Below are positions 1-7,877 of a stretch of DNA of 64,000 bases, one piece after another. The notes below the pieces were generated by a model. It made no database searches. It was not told the DNA's origin and was given only the letters and a program-made list of their open reading frames with translations. The position numbers were made by a program, and so were the translations under genes. Within the stretch, counting starts at the first letter, position 1. Every line of letters begins with the position of its first letter. This DNA is from Vicinamibacteria bacterium. GTDB taxonomy: Bacteria; Acidobacteriota; Vicinamibacteria; Fen-336. The stretch covers positions 411 through 64,410 of the forward strand of contig JAFGSN010000194.1 in assembly GCA_016934575.1 (NCBI GenBank), read 5' to 3'.

Positions 1-588
1 CCGCAAAGGATCGCCGCTGCGGAATTCCTCGCCGACAAGAAGCACGAAGACGCGTCGCCGGGCCTCCGGGCTCAAGCTCTTGACGCGTTGATACAGATTC
101 TCGCTCTTGCCGCTCCGCATCGTCGCGGCCACGAGCGCGCAAGTACCCCGTTCGAGCCGTCGCATCGCCTCGTCGTCGTCTCCAGGCGCGTCGACGACAA
201 AGCCCTGGCGAGTCAACGCCAGCGTCAACGCGCCGGCCTGGGCGCCGTCGGCGATGGCGACCAGCGCGCGGCCTTCCGTCGCTTGATCTCCCGGATCGCG
301 GACCCAAATCGCCGTTTGCACGCGTGCATCATCCGGGGCCGTCGATGCGGGCGACGATATCGGAAGCGAATCCGCCGAGGGCGTCCGAGCAGCGACCTCC
401 GTGGGGGTCGAGCGCTGCCACGCGTCAGCGCCGTCATCTTGTCGCGCGTCGTCGGGCATCGAGCTTTCGCGTCCAGGGATGTGAATGGTCGTACGGCAGC
501 GCGGACAGCGCACGGCAAAGGGACGTTCCGGAACTTTGGCGTCGTCGACGATGATGCCCTGCGAGCATTGCGGACAAACCGTCTGCAT
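1..588 (-). CDS. MJ0042-family zinc-ribbon protein with C-terminal receiver-like domain (partial, runs off window start)
   Basis: Reverse translation from an ATG at 588 gives MQTVCPQCSQGIIVDDAKVPERPFAVRCPRCRTTIHI, matching the CPxC...RCxxC pattern of MJ0042-type fingers. It continues into a receiver-like segment (ALVAIADGAQ...VDAPGDDDEAMRRL...VFVLLVGEEF). No stop occurs before position 1, so it is missing from the ORF track. Confidence 0.6.
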   Translation of the reverse strand, partial: MQTVCPQCSQGIIVDDAKVPERPFAVRCPRCRTTIHIPGRESSMPDDARQDDGADAWQRSTPTEVAARTPSADSLPISSPASTAPDDARVQTAIWVRDPGDQATEGRALVAIADGAQAGALTLALTRQGFVVDAPGDDDEAMRRLERGTCALVAATMRSGKSENLYQRVKSLSPEARRRVFVLLVGEEFRSGDPLR

Positions 589-590
589 GC

Positions 591-1775
591 TCAACTCTCG
601 ACCAGATCCTCGAGGCTGGAGGCCTCACGACGCGCGTCGCGATCCATCCGAGCTTCCGGCGCGCGGCCTGTTTCGCCGGCGCCGCTCCGCATCTCGAGCC
701 GTAGCTGCAAGTCGGCGCGACTCGTGGCATAGGACAGGCCGACGTCGCGCGCGACGATGCCCGATTCGATCAACCGCTCCAACTCGCCGTCGAAGGTCTG
801 CATGCCCTCGAGCTCGCCGTCATGCATGGCGTCGAGAAGGCTCTTGCCTCGACGCTCTCCTTCGAGGACGTATTCGCGCGTCCGGGAGTTGGAGCGCAGG
901 ATCTCGCAAACCGCGACGCGGCCTCCGCCGATTCTCGGCACCAGGCGCTGGCTCACGATCCAGCGGAACGACTGCGCGAAACGCGTGCGTATCTGCCGCT
1001 CTTCGCCTTCCGGAAAAACGCCTACGATGCGATCGACGGTCTTCGCGGCGTCAATGGTATGCAGTGTCGACAGCACGAGGTGCCCCGTCTCGGCCGCCTC
1101 GAGCGCGGTCGCGATCGTCTCGGCGTCGCGCATCTCGCCCAGAAGAATCACCTTGGGAGACTGCCTGAGCGCCGCTCTGAGCGCCAGCGTGAAGTCGGGC
1201 GTGTCGGCGCCGATCTCGCGCTGATTGACCGTCGCTTTTTTGTGCGGATGAAGATACTCGATCGGATCCTCGATGGTGATGATATGGACCGCCTTGTCGC
1301 GGTTGAGCCGATCGACGATCGCCGCCAATGTCGTCGACTTGCCCGATCCGGTTGGTCCCGTGACGAGCACGATCCCGGCGCGTTCCTCCGCTATGGTCGC
1401 GACCGGCGATGGCAGTTTCAGCTCTTCGATCGTCGGGATCCGGTCGGGGATCACGCGCAGGACAATGGAAAAAGTGCCGCGTTGTGAGAAAACATTGACG
1501 CGGAATCGTGTGCGGCGCGGGATGCTATAGGAGAGATCGACCGAGCCCGTGCGTACAAGGCGTTCGGCCAGCTCGCGTTTGTTGGCCAGAAGCCGCATGG
1601 CGACCAGCTCCGTCTGGTACGGCTGCAGTCTTTCAAGACCGGCGAAGCTCACGGCCTGAAGCTGGCCGTCGATCTCCACCTGAGGCGGACGTCCCACGGA
1701 CAGGTTGAGGTCCGAAACGGCGGGAGCCGCGTCGAGCATCGCCTCGAGCAGGGGATCCAGCTCGAAAAAAGGCAT
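591..1775 (-). CDS. pilT: Type IV pilus retraction/twitching-motility ATPase, PilT/PilU family
   Basis: Walker A GPTGSGKSTT and the PilT-family core (IITIEDPIEY, Asp/His boxes) are present, and the length is about right. It carries a C-terminal extension of about 40 aa. Confidence 0.85.
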   Translation of the reverse strand: MPFFELDPLLEAMLDAAPAVSDLNLSVGRPPQVEIDGQLQAVSFAGLERLQPYQTELVAMRLLANKRELAERLVRTGSVDLSYSIPRRTRFRVNVFSQRGTFSIVLRVIPDRIPTIEELKLPSPVATIAEERAGIVLVTGPTGSGKSTTLAAIVDRLNRDKAVHIITIEDPIEYLHPHKKATVNQREIGADTPDFTLALRAALRQSPKVILLGEMRDAETIATALEAAETGHLVLSTLHTIDAAKTVDRIVGVFPEGEERQIRTRFAQSFRWIVSQRLVPRIGGGRVAVCEILRSNSRTREYVLEGERRGKSLLDAMHDGELEGMQTFDGELERLIESGIVARDVGLSYATSRADLQLRLEMRSGAGETGRAPEARMDRDARREASSLEDLVES

Positions 1776-1924
1776 CTCGAAACGACGCTAGCTCAAGACG
1801 CGGGATGAAGCAAGCGGCTTGATCGGCATGCCGAAACGGCGCGCGTCTCGGACGACGCGCCGGCTTCAACGGGCCGCGCGGCCCGCGAATCGAGGCGGAA
1901 ACGTTCGCCCCTTCCCGACTCGCT

Positions 1925-2779
1925 CTAGTCCTGACGCGCGCGCGAATGGAGCGTCGTGGAGTAAAGCGCCATGGCCGCCTGCGAGGCAAGCAGATCGAAC
2001 AGCTCCCGATCCAGGGGCTCGAGTCCCGACTTCTGGGGCAGAAGACGGAAGACGGCCAGCACGCCCGTGACGCGGCCCGCCAGCTTGAGAGGAATGCAAG
2101 CCGTGAGGTGCTCCTCGCCCGGCGCCGACTCGCCTTGCGATCCGTCGCCCGCCGTGTACGCCTCTCCCGTGGCGGCCACGCGGCCGATGCGGCCGACGCC
2201 CACGGGAATCGTCCGGTAAATCTCCGGTTGAATCCCGTTCGACGCCGAGAGCGAAAGCGTGCCGCCGTCGCCGCTCATCTCGAAAAGCGCCATCTCCTCC
2301 GTGCCCACGAGGTTGGCCAGGATCTCCTGCAATGTCTGAACGACCTCGTCATGATCGAGCGTCTCGTGCAGGCGATAGCTCGCGACATAGAGATTGGCCA
2401 GGTTGTTGTTCTGCTGTTCAAGGGCGACGAACTGCTCCGTGAAGCACCGGTTGTCGGCGTCCACCGTGTCGAGCTGCCGGCGCAGGCGCTCATGTTCGCG
2501 CTCGTGCGCCGTGAGCGCGTCGCGCGCGGCCTCGAGCTCGACGGTCAGGCGTTCGTTCTCACTCTTGCTCTCGAGGAGCTGCTCGCGCAGCACGACGACC
2601 TCCCGCGACAGGGCGCGCGCCGCCTCGATCTCCTCGCGCGCGCGCTCCTCGTCGGTTCGGAGCGCGGCTATCAGCGCGCGCAGGCGCTCGTTTTCCTCGA
2701 GTATCTCCCGCGCATAACGCCGCGTGCGCTCGCCGACTTGGCGGATGTAGGCGCCATGCTCGTCCCGGTGTTCGTCCAT
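1925..2779 (-). CDS. Coiled-coil + GAF domain protein
   Basis: The N-terminal 120 aa is heptad-rich (ERLRALIAALRTDEERAREEIEAARAL...). A GAF-like C-terminal half follows (LANLVGTEEMALFEMSGDGGTLSL...). Confidence 0.65.
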   Translation of the reverse strand: MDEHRDEHGAYIRQVGERTRRYAREILEENERLRALIAALRTDEERAREEIEAARALSREVVVLREQLLESKSENERLTVELEAARDALTAHEREHERLRRQLDTVDADNRCFTEQFVALEQQNNNLANLYVASYRLHETLDHDEVVQTLQEILANLVGTEEMALFEMSGDGGTLSLSASNGIQPEIYRTIPVGVGRIGRVAATGEAYTAGDGSQGESAPGEEHLTACIPLKLAGRVTGVLAVFRLLPQKSGLEPLDRELFDLLASQAAMALYSTTLHSRARQD

Positions 2780-2797
2780 GCTCGTCCTCCGTCGTGG

Positions 2798-3169
2798 TCA
2801 ATCGCCGATGCAATTCTTGACCTTGGCCAGAAGCTCGACGCTGTTGATCGGTTTGGTGACGTAATCGGTGCAGCCGCTCGCGTAGCCGCGCTCCATGAAT
2901 TCCGACTCGCCGCGCGTGGTCATCATGATGATAGGGATGGCCTGGGTCTCCGGCTCGCCGCGCAGGCGGCGGCAAGCCTCGTATCCGTCCATCTTGGGCA
3001 TCATGACGTCGAGCATGATGAGGTCGGGCTTTTCATCATGCGCCTTGCGAACGCCCTCCTCGCCGTCGACCGCGGTCAGGATTTCATAAGCGCCCTTGCC
3101 CAGAATCATGCTGGCCATCATCGTGGCCGTCCGCGAGTCGTCGACGACAAGAATCCGCTTCTTCGGCAT
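2798..3169 (-). CDS. Single-domain response regulator (CheY-like receiver)
   Basis: RILVVDDS, IMLDVMMPKMDG, TTRGE and KP motifs; 123 aa. Confidence 0.85.
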   Translation of the reverse strand: MPKKRILVVDDSRTATMMASMILGKGAYEILTAVDGEEGVRKAHDEKPDLIMLDVMMPKMDGYEACRRLRGEPETQAIPIIMMTTRGESEFMERGYASGCTDYVTKPINSVELLAKVKNCIGD

Positions 3170-3172
3170 GGG

Positions 3173-3616
3173 TCAACCTCCCTGTCCCGCCGCCGGCGGC
3201 GTAACGTCGAGCAGCTCGTCCACGGTTCGCGCGATGTCGCTCAAACGGATCCGCTTGTCGAGAAAGGCGTCGGCGCCGTGCGCGATGGCCTGAACCTCCA
3301 GTTCCGGAGAGCCGTATCCGGTGAGAAGAACGACGCGCGTTTCCGGATGGTGTTTCCGGACCAGACCGACGATTTCCAGGCCCTCGTTGGTCCGAGAAGA
3401 CGTCAGGCAGAGATCGGTGATCACCAGCTCATAGCGTGAGGACAACAAGAAACGCCGCGCCTCGGCCGGATCATGAGCACAGTCGACCTGATATCCTCGC
3501 CGCCCAAGAAACGACCGGATCGTCGTGAGGATTCCCTCTTCGTCGTCAACCAAGAGAATGTGCCTGTCAAGTTGACCCACGAGGGCCCTCCTTTGAGCCG
3601 GCGACAACAACTTCAT
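3173..3616 (-). CDS. Response regulator receiver protein
   Basis: Starting at the internal MKLLSP (ATG at 3616), the protein carries HILLVDDEEG, LVITDLCL and LLTGYG motifs. The upstream part of the long ORF runs through the AT-rich promoter region and is unlikely to be coding. It overlaps the previous gene by 4 nt. Confidence 0.75.
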   Translation of the reverse strand: MKLLSPAQRRALVGQLDRHILLVDDEEGILTTIRSFLGRRGYQVDCAHDPAEARRFLLSSRYELVITDLCLTSSRTNEGLEIVGLVRKHHPETRVVLLTGYGSPELEVQAIAHGADAFLDKRIRLSDIARTVDELLDVTPPAAGQGG

Positions 3617-3856
3617 CAGCAATGAGCAAGGCGCGGGCCAGGTTGTCGATTTCGTTAACGTTTTAAAACTCACGAGGTTACAATAATTTGCGTCAGTTGG
3701 TATTGTCGAAAAAAACAACAAAGCGTCCAGGATTGCTACAAAGAGGTCCATATCTTTCAAAAGACTTCTGTGATCCGGAGCGGCCAGATGACGCTCGGTT
3801 CGATCAAGACATGAGCCGTCTGGCGGTGATAAGTTAGTGGCTGCTTCGGAGGTAGG

Positions 3857-5326
3857 ATGCACGAGTACTCTCCTCGCCGGCGGACAGCCGTTGTCTTCTC
3901 GGGCGTCGGCACGGCGGGCGCATACCACGCCGGCGTGCTCAAGGCTCTCGAGGAGAGCGGCGTCAAAGTCGATCTCGTCGTGGGCTCCGGCATCGGCGCC
4001 GTGGCGGCGGCGTTCGCCGCCGTGTCGGCCGGAGACAAGCTTTACGGAATCGGCGGATTCTGGGAGGGCGTCAAATCCAGCTCATTCTATCGCATCCGGC
4101 GAGGCGTACGGCTGCTGCTGATCCTGATCGGCGCGGGCCTGGCCGCTTTTGCGCTGCCCGTTCTTCTGGCCGTGATCGCGGGAGTGCTCTCCGTGCCGGC
4201 GTTGCTCATCGATCTCTTCAATCCCGGCTGGGCCAGCCGCGCCTTGACGATGCTCGGCGTGACGCCTCAATCCATGCGCGCGGCATACGGCGTCGCGCTC
4301 TCCGTGCCCGCCTTCGCTCTTTTCCTGACGATCGCGATCGTTGGAGTCCGCGCGCTGCTCGATCGCAGGCGCTTCGCCGAGTCCCTTCAAGCGGTTTTCG
4401 ACGCCCGGCCGGCCCACGATCATTTCTTGAAGCACCTCTGGGAGGCGGTACGAGGCCCCTCTTTGTCGCCGCCGGCGTCGGCGGCGGCGCTTGGCGAGCG
4501 TTACCTGGCCTTCTGCGCCGAGAACGAGGGCCAACCGCGCTTTCGAAGATTGATACTACGAACCGCCGATCTCGATACGGGCCGCACACTATGCTTCGCT
4601 CTGCTTGACGATGATGCGCTCGGCGCGCTGTCCGAGGCGCGCAAGCACGGCGGCTCGCCGCGCGACACCGGAGTCGTCGATCTGCGGAGCCCGGGCGCCG
4701 GCCGGCTGCTTGTCGAGGCCATGTTGTCGGCGCTGTTGCCGCCGCTGCTGGCGCCGCTCACGCAAGTCGTGTTTCCGAAAGGCGGCGTTTACGCGAGCGA
4801 GTCGCACCGTCTCGCCGACGGCACCCTCTCGGCCGGATGTGGCGTCGCGGACGCGCTGGCGGCCGGCGCCGAGCAGGTGGTGCTCGTCTCGTCCGTGCCC
4901 GTGTCAACGGCACACCGTCTTGGACGGCGAGGGCCGTGGGCCGTCGCCGAGTCGCTGGTCGCCTTGATCGAGCGTCAAGCGTTGGAGCGCGATATTCATG
5001 AGACCGAGAGAATCAACCGGCTGATCGAATCACTCGGAGCGGTCGATGAGAACGGCGAGCCGGGCTGGCAAGATCCGGCCACCGGGAAACTGTATCGGGC
5101 GATCAACCTCTATGTCGTGCGGCCTCGCCAGCGTGCGCTCGGGCCGCTCTCGTTCGACGACCGGCGTGATCCCGACTCCGAGGCCGCCGTGGATCTCGCG
5201 GATCTTGTGGAGCAAGGCCATCACGACGCTTATTACCAGTTCGTCGAGCCGGTCGTCGGCTCGCCCGCCTTGGCGGACGAACCCGATCCGCTCCATCTTG
5301 GAAGCGGCCGAAAAATGCAGCTCTGA
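3857..5326 (+). CDS. Patatin-like phospholipase family protein with internal transmembrane insertion
   Basis: The N-terminus (AVVFSGVGTAGAYHAGVLKALEESGVKVDLVVGSGIGAVAAAF) resembles RssA/patatin Gly-rich and nucleophile-elbow blocks. The Asp block HRLADGTLSAG lies about 290 aa downstream. Three to four hydrophobic helices sit between them. RBS GGAGGTAGG lies upstream. Confidence 0.7.
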   Translation: MHEYSPRRRTAVVFSGVGTAGAYHAGVLKALEESGVKVDLVVGSGIGAVAAAFAAVSAGDKLYGIGGFWEGVKSSSFYRIRRGVRLLLILIGAGLAAFALPVLLAVIAGVLSVPALLIDLFNPGWASRALTMLGVTPQSMRAAYGVALSVPAFALFLTIAIVGVRALLDRRRFAESLQAVFDARPAHDHFLKHLWEAVRGPSLSPPASAAALGERYLAFCAENEGQPRFRRLILRTADLDTGRTLCFALLDDDALGALSEARKHGGSPRDTGVVDLRSPGAGRLLVEAMLSALLPPLLAPLTQVVFPKGGVYASESHRLADGTLSAGCGVADALAAGAEQVVLVSSVPVSTAHRLGRRGPWAVAESLVALIERQALERDIHETERINRLIESLGAVDENGEPGWQDPATGKLYRAINLYVVRPRQRALGPLSFDDRRDPDSEAAVDLADLVEQGHHDAYYQFVEPVVGSPALADEPDPLHLGSGRKMQL

Positions 5327-5367
5327 GGACGCGAATCCCTGGAGCGCTCCGCGGTGTCTTATATCCG

Positions 5368-5898
5368 ATGACTCCCGCCGCCAACGACATCATCGTTTCT
5401 GTGTCGCTGCTCGGAGTGGGAGTATATTTCACGCTACAGGGCGCGCGTCTTCTCTTGCGTCTCATACGTTTCCGCAAAACGAACGCGCGGGAGCTGCTCA
5501 CCTGGCCGCCGCGAAAGCTTCCTCTTCGAAATTTCTATCGCGGACTCGGCATCGTGAGCGCCGTTCTCGCCCTGTACAACGGATTGAGCCGGGATCGGAT
5601 TCATCTCGTCGGCGGCCAGGCGGCGATGGCGGCGTTTTTTCTCGGATTGATGCCCGTCTTGTCGCGCGTTCGCCCCGGTTTTTACGAGCACGGCGTCTGG
5701 ACCGAGAACGAGTTTCTTCCCTATGATCGAATAGGACGGTGGGCGTTCCTCGAGCAGTCTGAGATCGTGCTCTTGCTGCTGCCCCGAGGGAAGACGCGCC
5801 CGCTTCGGCTCCTCGTTCCGCCATCCGAGTACGGAGCCGCGCGAAAGGCGCTTCACGCGAATGTGCGCGAGCCCGAGGCTCGCATCCTCGGCATCTAG
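5368..5898 (+). CDS. Hypothetical membrane protein (two TM helices + small beta-rich domain)
   Basis: Hydrophobic segments (IIVSVSLLGVGVYFTLQ, GLGIVSAVLALY, AAFFLGLMPVL) and coding-like GC3; 39 nt after the patatin gene. Confidence 0.5.
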   Translation: MTPAANDIIVSVSLLGVGVYFTLQGARLLLRLIRFRKTNARELLTWPPRKLPLRNFYRGLGIVSAVLALYNGLSRDRIHLVGGQAAMAAFFLGLMPVLSRVRPGFYEHGVWTENEFLPYDRIGRWAFLEQSEIVLLLLPRGKTRPLRLLVPPSEYGAARKALHANVREPEARILGI

Positions 5899-6013
5899 TC
5901 CAGCGCGCTTGACCCGCGACATCACGACGTGAATCGCGCTCTGCCCCGCGCCATGCGACGTTCACTCCGCTGTCCGGCGCCTCCTTGGAGCGCTTGACGC
6001 TTCCCGGCCCATG

Positions 6014-7042
6014 TCACGGTGACGCTTCGGCGTTGCCGTCGCTCGCCGGCGGAGGGCGCTCCCCCCTCCAGAGACGTTCGTACGTTTCCCACTCGGCGTC
6101 GTCGGTCGTCCATCCGGCATACAGCGCCACGCCCTCGAACGTCCCGCCCGTTCGCGACCCCCGCAAGCCCGAGATCACGCCGAGCAAGCCGTTGCGAAGA
6201 GTCTCGACGCCGGCTCGGTGCATGAGCCCGCGCGCGTCGTATGTCGGCACGCCGATCAGGACGCGCGCGTTGGGCGTGTCGCTCGCCGTCTTCGTCGCTG
6301 CCGCGGAGACGTAAGATACATAGCGCCGGTATAGACCCGCGGTGGGCAGCCCCGTGTCGTATCCCATCACGACGATCTGATCGACGAGGGCGGAGACGCG
6401 CCTGTAAAAAGTCGTCGACCAGAAGAAGTTCGGCGCAAAGGGCAGCGCCATCGGAGCCGGACGAATCGCCGAGACCGACAGAATGCCGTTCCTGCCCATT
6501 GCCGGACGCAGAGCGCGGAGAAGCGCGAGGTATTCGTCGCTCCCGTCATTGACGGGCTCGATGTTCAGGTGGATGCCGTTGAATCCTTCGTCCATGAGGC
6601 CCCGGCATTCAGCCACCATCCGCTGGCGCTGGCGCAGATCGCCCAGATCGAGCGCGCCCTTGAGCGTTCTCCGATACCCGACACGCAGGCCTCCCACCCA
6701 CGGCAGCACGCGCACCCGCGGAGTCGCGCCGCGTGCGGCGGCGAGAAAGGCCCGCATCTGGCCGCGATCATGCGCCGGCAAACGCCCCGCTTCGTCGAAA
6801 GGAATGAGATGCGGATAGACGTAAAGAATGCCGCGCCGCGCGAGCGCTCGGAAGAGCGCTTCCATCTCCTCCGGCGGCGCGGGTCGCTCGAGCCATCGGT
6901 GCTCGAGCCAGACGGCGTTACGATCCTGATTGAACGGGTGCGGCCGGATGTCGTCCGCCGGCGATCGTTGCAGATGAAACGCCGTTCCGGTCGCAACCAG
7001 CAACGACGCGGCGAGCGGAAGAATCCAGCGCCGTCTCCTCAT
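6014..7042 (-). CDS. Secreted putative glycoside-hydrolase-like (TIM-barrel) protein
   Basis: Signal peptide MRRRRWILPLAASLLVATGTA from the internal ATG at 7042; block GFNGIHLNIEPVNDG. The family was not determined. The start overlaps the acpS stop (ATGA). Confidence 0.45.
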   Translation of the reverse strand: MRRRRWILPLAASLLVATGTAFHLQRSPADDIRPHPFNQDRNAVWLEHRWLERPAPPEEMEALFRALARRGILYVYPHLIPFDEAGRLPAHDRGQMRAFLAAARGATPRVRVLPWVGGLRVGYRRTLKGALDLGDLRQRQRMVAECRGLMDEGFNGIHLNIEPVNDGSDEYLALLRALRPAMGRNGILSVSAIRPAPMALPFAPNFFWSTTFYRRVSALVDQIVVMGYDTGLPTAGLYRRYVSYVSAAATKTASDTPNARVLIGVPTYDARGLMHRAGVETLRNGLLGVISGLRGSRTGGTFEGVALYAGWTTDDAEWETYERLWRGERPPPASDGNAEASP

Positions 7043-7425
7043 CGCTCTTCTTGCACGAGCAAAACGCAGGCGGCCGCGTGAGCTCTGCCATGCGTCATGC
7101 TCAGGAGGATGCGGCCGGCTTTCTTCGCCGCGCATCGTCTGGCCGCCGTTTCGGAGAGCGAGATCCGCGGAGGTCCTCCGCGCGCCGGCAGCACTTCAAC
7201 CTCTTCCAGAGAGATCGCGTCGTCGAGCAGGCGGCACACGGCGCGCTTCGCGGCAAGCCGCGCCGCCAGGCGCCGCTCGGGATCCGACTTCGACTCGGCA
7301 TAGCGTCGTTCGTCCGTTGTAAATATCAGTGCGCCGCCTGATGCAATCAGGGTGTTCGCCTCTTCGATCTCGACGATCTCGATCGCGCGACCGAGAACGC
7401 CGTCGTCTTCGACTCGATATTCCAC
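7039..7425 (-). CDS. acpS: Holo-[acyl-carrier-protein] synthase (4'-phosphopantetheinyl transferase)
   Basis: GVLGRAIEIVEIEE ... FTTDERRYAE ... ERRLAARLAAKRAVCRLL ... ISLSETAARRCAAKKAGRILLSMTHGRAHAAACVLL matches the AcpS layout; about 125 aa. Confidence 0.75.
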   Translation of the reverse strand: MEYRVEDDGVLGRAIEIVEIEEANTLIASGGALIFTTDERRYAESKSDPERRLAARLAAKRAVCRLLDDAISLEEVEVLPARGGPPRISLSETAARRCAAKKAGRILLSMTHGRAHAAACVLLVQEER

Positions 7426-7594
7426 GGCGATAGTCTAGCGCGGCCCGAAGGCCGCGACTATTGAGACGGCGTGAAAGCGAGAGGGCCAAAGATCGTGATG
7501 GCCATGATCGACGAGCGTAGATGAAGGGCATTCCACGCATTTCGCGTATGTTTGCGGCGTCACCGCACTTCGTTTAAACTGAAACTGTTATCGT

Positions 7595-7668
7595 TGGGAG
7601 GTCGTCCAACGGCAGGACACGTGGCTCTGGACCATGGAATCGGGGTTCGAATCCCTGCCTCCCAGCCA
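7595..7668 (+). tRNA. tRNA-Gln (anticodon CTG), CCA encoded
   Basis: Hand-folded cloverleaf. Acceptor stem TGGGAGG pairs with CCTCCCA. D-stem GTCC pairs with GGAC. Anticodon stem CGTGG pairs with CCATG, with loop CT-CTG-GA. T-arm CGGGG-TTCGAAT-CCCTG. Discriminator G followed by CCA. Confidence 0.8.
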
Positions 7669-7877
7669 AATTTCCACCGCTGAAATCTGCCGTTGCTTGC
7701 CATCCCGTGGCATGCATCGCCGTCGGCGCCGGCAGGAACGTCCAAGAGCTTGCGATCGAGAGGATGCCGGCGCCGATGAAAACGATCCGTCTCGCGCAGG
7801 CGGGGTTGGCGTCGGTGGTCGAATCCAGGCCCACGTCAATGCCAATGCAACCGGCGTATATATCGGAGGAATGACGG

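Noticed and set aside
88-732. 214-aa plus-strand ORF at the window start
   Set aside because: Its translation is Arg-rich nonsense. The same DNA on the minus strand encodes a convincing MJ0042 zinc-ribbon/receiver protein and the PilT C-terminus.
1946-3439. 497-aa plus-strand ORF covering the GAF, CheY and receiver genes
   Set aside because: It is antisense to three well-supported minus-strand genes, its translation is Arg/Ala-rich and low-complexity, and it is a typical high-GC antisense artefact.
7595-7668. Possible integrative element at tRNA-Gln
   Set aside because: tRNA genes are common integration sites, but no integrase, direct repeat of the tRNA 3' end, or compositional shift is seen on either side. 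The flanking genes acpS and acnA are housekeeping.
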